DNA of 64,000 nucleotides from Gammaproteobacteria bacterium (GTDB lineage Bacteria; Pseudomonadota; Gammaproteobacteria; UBA6429; Thiohalophilaceae): NCBI GenBank assembly GCA_026197095.1, contig JAPHTF010000061.1, positions 5,418 to 69,417 of the forward strand, read 5' to 3'. Shown piece by piece: positions 58,445 to 64,000 of this stretch (position 1 is its first letter; each line of letters starts with the position of its first letter). The notes under the pieces were generated by a model. It saw only the letters and a program-made list of their open reading frames with translations, ran no database searches and was not told where the DNA came from. The position numbers and the translations under genes were made by a program.

Positions 58445-59641
58445 TTACCCTTCACGTCCATCAATACGCGCCTTAAGCAGCATAGGTGTATAGGCGATTG
58501 CAAATATCATAAAGGCCACGATCCACAAGCCACTCGCAAGCTGAATTAATTGTAGATAATGTTCATGCATAAACATAGGTAAAATCACCCTGACAATTGT
58601 TGCAACATTAAGCAGGATAAAGGACATCACCATCCAGCTGTTCAACACCATCTCTCTGCCAGTGTGGCCAATACTAACCCGAGCCATCATGCCTAAGGTC
58701 ATCATTGCAATTCCACCAACAGTAAAGGCGTGATATGAAAATGCACTCTGGCTTAAATCAAAAATCATCAATCCTTTTAAAATAAAACCAAGAATTATCC
58801 ATGCATAGGCAAGTTGTAATATCCAGACTAAAGGAACATACCAGATCTTATTTGAATACCAGCCAGCAACCCTGATGAAGTTGATAATGGCAGCAAAAAA
58901 TGCCAGGTAACCCGTCACTACACTCCAACCAAAAAACACATCGCTAATCGCGGCAAGTAAAACACTGATGGCCGATAAATATTCTATTGCATTCCATGTT
59001 TTTGTTGTGACACCAGCTACACCTCTTTCGGTAAAGAAAGGAATAACGCGCCCACCCATAACAACAATTAAAAGAATAACTAAATAAACCATTGCCCTGC
59101 TGCCCATAACAATATTGACATCAATTAGTTTAAGCGCACTTAAATGAACGGCAATATTCGCTGCTGACATAGCAAGCAAAAGCGGAATAAAAACAAAGTT
59201 TGACCACTGTTTCATACGTAAAACAGGTATCGCAAGTATTATTGCAACTAAAGGCAGAAAAAGAATATCACTAGTCGCAATTAACCAATGAGGAAGTTCC
59301 GGGACAAAAGGTGCAAAGCGACCAGCTAAAAAGACAATGGTTAACAACATTAATCGCCAGCCATTGATCATCTTTATGCCTGTCCAGTTACCTGCAGCGG
59401 TTAATAAAAATCCAGCGATAACAGCAGCGGTATAACCAAATAACATTTCATGGGCATGCCAGCCTGTCGGGGTGTAGTAACCTGAAATAGAAATTTTTCC
59501 CGTAAGCTGTAAAAACCATAAAAAGATTAACAATACGGCAGATAACCCTGCCAAAAGAAAAAAGGGTCTAAAGCCTAATGCAAAAGGAGCATAACTATTC
59601 TTACTTACATATTTATCTGGATCTTCTATATTAAAAGCCAT
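58445..59641 (-). CDS. nnrS: NnrS family membrane protein
   Basis: About 400 aa with about 12 TM helices. The N-terminus FALGFRPFFLLAG and conserved His residues resemble NnrS. Confidence 0.7.
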   Translation of the reverse strand: MAFNIEDPDKYVSKNSYAPFALGFRPFFLLAGLSAVLLIFLWFLQLTGKISISGYYTPTGWHAHEMLFGYTAAVIAGFLLTAAGNWTGIKMINGWRLMLLTIVFLAGRFAPFVPELPHWLIATSDILFLPLVAIILAIPVLRMKQWSNFVFIPLLLAMSAANIAVHLSALKLIDVNIVMGSRAMVYLVILLIVVMGGRVIPFFTERGVAGVTTKTWNAIEYLSAISVLLAAISDVFFGWSVVTGYLAFFAAIINFIRVAGWYSNKIWYVPLVWILQLAYAWIILGFILKGLMIFDLSQSAFSYHAFTVGGIAMMTLGMMARVSIGHTGREMVLNSWMVMSFILLNVATIVRVILPMFMHEHYLQLIQLASGLWIVAFMIFAIAYTPMLLKARIDGREG

Positions 59642-59690
59642 GGTATTTCCTTTATCTATTGCGTCTGTTTATTCCAATAATTATTGCATA

Positions 59691-61592
59691 TTAAGTGCTT
59701 GCACTTTCAAGTTCTTCACTGACTTCTAACCAGTCCATTTCAACTTGTTGCAAACTACTATCAACCTGCCCCTGTTCTTCTAATAGCGTTTTTAGAAGCT
59801 CTTTATTTTCCTGGTTATAAATATCATTGTCGGCTAATTTTTCTTGCAGCGACTCTTTATTTGAACTTAACTCTTCCATTTGTTTTTCAAGCTTCTTTAG
59901 CCTGTTTTGCAAAGGTTTAAGTAAACGTCTTTTCTCCGCAGAGATCTGTCTTTGTTGTTTTTTATTTTGCGGATCAGCCGTATTATTTTCTTTAACTTCA
60001 GTTTCCGCAATTAACACTTTTTTATTTTCCTGACTTAACCAGTTACGATAATCATCAAGACTGCCATCAAATTCAGCCACCTTTCCATTTGCAACTAAAA
60101 GAAAGTTATCGGTTACTGTACGTAACAAGTGGCGGTCATGCGAAACAATAATCATGGCGCCCTCAAAGTCCTGCATTGCGACAGTTAAAGCATGGCGCAT
60201 TTCCAAATCAAGATGGTTAGTGGGTTCATCCAGTAATAATAAATTGGGGCGCTGATACACAACTAACGCTAATACCAAACGCGCTTTTTCTCCACCCGAT
60301 AGAGGTGCGACGGGGTCAATGGCCATATCATTATTAAAAGCAAATCCACCCAGGTATTTTCGTAAGTCACTTTCTGTTGCTTTAGGGTCAAGACGTTGTA
60401 AGTGAAGTAATGGGCTTGCAGAAAAATCAAGTTGTTCGAGCTGATGCTGAGCAAAGTAACCAATATTTAATTCTTTGGCGGCGGTCAATTTTCCCTTTAA
60501 AATTTTTAGCTCACCGGATAATAATTTAATTAAAGTCGACTTACCTGCGCCATTATGCCCGAGCAAACCAATGCGATCCCCCGGATGAATCGTAAATTTA
60601 ACTTTTGATAATAATGGTTCTTCTGTATAACCAATGGCCACATCATCTAACGTGATGAGTGGGTTCGGCATTTTATCCGCTTTCTTAAAAGTAAAATTAA
60701 AAGGTGAATCAACATGAGCGGGGGCAATCAGTTCCATGCGCTCTAATGCTTTAACACGGCTTTGTGCCTGCTTTGCTTTAGAGGCTTTTGCCTTAAAACG
60801 TTCAACGAATTTATGCATATGCTGCACTTCACGTTGTTGTTTTTCATAGGCGGATTGTTGCGAGGCGAGGTATTCTGCCCGGCGTACTTCAAACGCTGAA
60901 TAATTTCCGCTATATAAAGTAATACCCTGATTTTCGATATGTGCAATGTTGTCAGCAACATTATCAAGAAAATCGCGATCGTGAGAGATCAGCAACAATG
61001 TGCCTTTATAACTTTTTAACCAGGCTTCAAGCCAAATAACGGCATCAAGATCAAGATGATTAGTCGGCTCATCAAGCAAGAGAATATCTGAACGGCACAT
61101 AAGCGCTTGCGCAAGATTCAGACGCATACGCCAACCCCCCGAAAACTGTTTGACTGCCGAGTGTTCCTGTTCCGTGGTGAAGCCTAAACCGTTAAGTAAC
61201 GTTGCCGCACGACTGTTCGCACTATAGCCATCAATCGCTTCCATTTCAGAATAAAGATGAGCCAGCACTTCACCCTGATTGTTTTCTTCGGCGGCGTTAA
61301 TGTCCTTTTCAAGTTGACGTAACTGAACATCGCCATCTAATACATATTCAATTGCCGTGCTATCAAGTGCCGGGGTTTCCTGCGCCACATGCGCAATGGT
61401 CAGATTTTTAGGTAAAAAAACATCACCTGAATCGGCATGCAGGTGACCAAGAATTAAAGCAAATAAACTCGATTTACCTACGCCATTACTGCCCGTAATA
61501 CCCACCTTTTGGCCATGGTGAATGGTCAACTCAACATCCTGGAGTAGTTCGCGGGGACCGCGGCGGAGCGATAAATTTGTAAACTTAAGCAT
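59691..61592 (-). CDS. yheS: ABC-F family ATPase (YheS-like)
   Basis: Two ABC cassettes (GSNGVGKSS / GHNGAGKST, LSGGEKARL). FSGGWRMRLNLAQALMCRSDILLLDEPTNHLDLDAVIWLE closely matches my recollection of E. coli YheS. C-terminal coiled coil. Confidence 0.85.
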   Translation of the reverse strand: MLKFTNLSLRRGPRELLQDVELTIHHGQKVGITGSNGVGKSSLFALILGHLHADSGDVFLPKNLTIAHVAQETPALDSTAIEYVLDGDVQLRQLEKDINAAEENNQGEVLAHLYSEMEAIDGYSANSRAATLLNGLGFTTEQEHSAVKQFSGGWRMRLNLAQALMCRSDILLLDEPTNHLDLDAVIWLEAWLKSYKGTLLLISHDRDFLDNVADNIAHIENQGITLYSGNYSAFEVRRAEYLASQQSAYEKQQREVQHMHKFVERFKAKASKAKQAQSRVKALERMELIAPAHVDSPFNFTFKKADKMPNPLITLDDVAIGYTEEPLLSKVKFTIHPGDRIGLLGHNGAGKSTLIKLLSGELKILKGKLTAAKELNIGYFAQHQLEQLDFSASPLLHLQRLDPKATESDLRKYLGGFAFNNDMAIDPVAPLSGGEKARLVLALVVYQRPNLLLLDEPTNHLDLEMRHALTVAMQDFEGAMIIVSHDRHLLRTVTDNFLLVANGKVAEFDGSLDDYRNWLSQENKKVLIAETEVKENNTADPQNKKQQRQISAEKRRLLKPLQNRLKKLEKQMEELSSNKESLQEKLADNDIYNQENKELLKTLLEEQGQVDSSLQQVEMDWLEVSEELESAST

Positions 61593-61632
61593 GCGGCGCA
61601 GTTTACCAGATATGGCGTGAGTTTTAGCTCAA

Positions 61633-61989
61633 TTAAAAACCAAATTCTCCTCGCCATTGCCCCTTTTTGAAGTCAATTTTTAGCCAATGGGGGACGAAGG
61701 ATTCTGCTTTTTTAATCGGAAAGTCCGTCAATGGAGGTTCATCACCTTCATAATCAGCCCCGCATACGGCCGTCATAACGGGGCGAAATCGAACCGAAAG
61801 TTGATCGGTAACATAAACTAACTCACCCTCTAAATTTTCTCTAAAACGGACTTTTTTACGGATTAAACAACTGAAATACAATTCCATTTCAGCCACTAGC
61901 GGTTTATCTCGTTGGGCTAGTGCCGTTACAGCGGCCATGCTGAGGGAAACAGCCACTTTTCTACCGAGTAGCTCAATCTGTTTATCCAT
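61633..61989 (-). CDS. Hypothetical protein
   Basis: 118-aa ORF downstream of yheS. No motif recognised. Confidence 0.45.
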   Translation of the reverse strand: MDKQIELLGRKVAVSLSMAAVTALAQRDKPLVAEMELYFSCLIRKKVRFRENLEGELVYVTDQLSVRFRPVMTAVCGADYEGDEPPLTDFPIKKAESFVPHWLKIDFKKGQWRGEFGF

Positions 61990-62360
61990 TAAATTTAACC
62001 TGTTTAATGATGCTTATTATTTTAGTTTATTTATCAGCTGTATAGTTCCATATCTGCTTAGCCTGTTACAACATCAAACTTGTTTGTTATTTTCCATATT
62101 TTAGCTCTGAGCTTTTTATAATCTTGCTTTATTAACCTACACTGTTAACTCAGATCTCCCCCCGTTAAAAAACATGACATAGCTCAACTAGACCCGATTT
62201 AGTACAAATAAGGGTTTGAAATAAGTCTAAATTAGGCCCATGATTAATATATAAGATAACTCTAATATAGAAAAATATTAAAAGCTGATGCAATAAAATT
62301 CAAAAGAATGAAGCATTGGCACAATAAACTCTGGCTATATGCCGGTATTGCGAGGAAGCG

Positions 62361-63920
62361 ATGTCTGAAAAGGTAAAAACCATTCTTTATGTTCGTTTGC
62401 CCTGCTGGAAAATTTACCCTGGTGGCGTTATTTACGTAGCTGATTACATTCATAAACAACGTCCACACATTGACCAGCAAATTCTTGATCTGGCACTGAT
62501 CACACCGGCCCAACGCAAACAGGCTCTTAGAGAGAGCATTAAAGCCATGCAACCCGATATTATCGCGTTCTCCTGGCGCAATATGCAGTCATTTGGTCCT
62601 CACCCTGAAGATGATGCACTGGATGTGGTAATGAATTATGACCATTCCCCTAACCCGTGGCGTCGACTTAAAGCGGCATTTTCTGCCATTAGAATCATTT
62701 ATGATTACACAGCCAGTCGCCTGCGCAACTTTGGCTTCATGCGCCTGGCACGTAAAATGATGCCTGATAGTCGCATCGTCGTCGGTGGCACTGCGGTATC
62801 AATATTTGGAAAATATGTAGCTGAAAAATGTCCTGGCAACACTGTAGTCGTTGTTGGTGAAGGCGAAGCCGCCATGCTCTCTATTATTGATGGTGAAAAG
62901 ATCACTGTTGGTGAATGCTATTACAAGAATGACAAAGGTGAAGTGAGCTTCACTCAGCGTGAACATAACTTCAGCCTGCAGGATCTCACTAGTGTTAATT
63001 TTGACTATGTCGAATCCATATTCCCGGCATTCCATCAATACACCGACGACTACATTGGCGTACATACTAAACGTGGCTGCCCTTATCAGTGCCATTTCTG
63101 CTTGTATAACAAGATAGAAGGTGCGCGACAACGTTATCGTGACCCGGTTGAAATTGTTGATGAGATTGAAAGTTTATATGCCCGTTTTGGCATCCACAAA
63201 ATCTGGTTTACCGATGCCCAGTTCTGCTCGACTCGTCGCAGCACACATCATGTCGAACTGATTCTGGATGAAATCATCAGACGCAAACTTAAAATAAAAT
63301 GGACCGGCTATATTCGACTCAACTATCTGACTCCCGAGCTGGCAGAAAAAATGCTGGCTTCCGGATTGGCCAGCCTGGACTTATCCTTCACCGGCACACA
63401 AGAAGTCATCAATAGCCTGACCCTGGGTTATTCACTGGATCAACAAATGCAGGCATTTCAGATGTTTAAGGATGCTGGTTATACTAATCAAAAAGTTAAA
63501 CTCTATATGCCACTTAATGCACCTGGTGAAACCGTGGTGACGTTGCAGAAAACCATCGACCGTATTAAAGAACTCTATACTATGTTTGGTCGTGAGAATG
63601 TTTTACCTTTTATTTTCTTTATTGGAGTACAACCTGGCACACCTGTTGAAAAATTATTGATCGAACAAGGCTATCTCAAAAAAGATTACAATCCGCTGAG
63701 TTTCAATCCTTTTGTGATTAAGAAACTGCTTTATAACCCCAAGCCACTGGGACGAATCATTGCACGCAGTTATCTTAAAGCGGTTGATAACCTGGACACT
63801 AACAGTGACTATGTGGGTCGCGCCACTATGGATCTGATTGAACAGGAATTAAAAAAGCCGGCCTATCAGCTTAGTATCAGGGAACTAGTACGGCAAACGG
63901 CCAAGGTACATCAAAATTAA
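62361..63920 (+). CDS. Radical SAM protein with an N-terminal B12-binding-like domain
   Basis: CX3CX2C cluster motif GCPYQCHFC and a Rossmann-like N-terminal domain (IVVGGTAVS). Confidence 0.75.
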   Translation: MSEKVKTILYVRLPCWKIYPGGVIYVADYIHKQRPHIDQQILDLALITPAQRKQALRESIKAMQPDIIAFSWRNMQSFGPHPEDDALDVVMNYDHSPNPWRRLKAAFSAIRIIYDYTASRLRNFGFMRLARKMMPDSRIVVGGTAVSIFGKYVAEKCPGNTVVVVGEGEAAMLSIIDGEKITVGECYYKNDKGEVSFTQREHNFSLQDLTSVNFDYVESIFPAFHQYTDDYIGVHTKRGCPYQCHFCLYNKIEGARQRYRDPVEIVDEIESLYARFGIHKIWFTDAQFCSTRRSTHHVELILDEIIRRKLKIKWTGYIRLNYLTPELAEKMLASGLASLDLSFTGTQEVINSLTLGYSLDQQMQAFQMFKDAGYTNQKVKLYMPLNAPGETVVTLQKTIDRIKELYTMFGRENVLPFIFFIGVQPGTPVEKLLIEQGYLKKDYNPLSFNPFVIKKLLYNPKPLGRIIARSYLKAVDNLDTNSDYVGRATMDLIEQELKKPAYQLSIRELVRQTAKVHQN

Positions 63921-64000
63921 TAAAGGCCGCATGCTGCTGTAAATGCCAGACAACATTGAACAGAAAATTAATCGGCAACATGGATAAACTTAGCGTTTAA

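Noticed and set aside
1-64000. Scan for CRISPR arrays, rRNA/tRNA genes, IS elements, toxin-antitoxin pairs and known defence-system genes
   Set aside because: None were recognised. The only repeats seen are those reported: the 16-bp array, the 15-bp array and the ODC-end duplication.

Overview
AT-rich chromosomal segment of a Gram-negative bacterium, probably a marine gammaproteobacterium (a guess from gene content such as tamAB, yheS and nnrS). No rRNA, tRNA, CRISPR array, transposase or integrase was recognised. Most of the window is ordinary: tamA/tamB (tamB carries one in-frame stop), a P-type ATPase/VIT/DUF211/beta-CASP operon, a glutamate-type symporter, a speH-speE-ornithine-decarboxylase polyamine operon, a FAAL-ACP/P450/PPTase lipid-tailoring cluster, c-di-GMP and response-regulator genes, and a large MerR/LitR-linked lipid-modification cluster (two CFA-synthase-like methyltransferases, FAD oxidoreductase, DUF1365, desaturase, lipocalin, DUF1295, DUF2878). 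The main finding is a ~19.4 kb integrase-less island (about 16247-35619) inserted into the 3' end of the ornithine-decarboxylase-like gene. It is bounded by diverged direct repeats (~95% identical by eye) of the last ~216-234 bp of that gene. The island encodes a regulatory-domain-less sigma-54 enhancer-binding protein. Downstream of a near-consensus -24/-12 promoter with upstream palindromes lies a tightly coupled 15-gene operon for a contractile phage-tail-like injection system: sheath, tube, VgrG-like spike, PAAR-like tip, gp25-like, baseplate-J-like and a large wedge protein. The operon also holds several ORFans, including a 1034-aa protein with hydrophobic helices and a 633-aa protein. 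I saw no AAA+ ATPase, terminator/cap, tail fibre, capsid, terminase or lysis genes. All protein family calls come from motifs and synteny read by eye, not from database searches.
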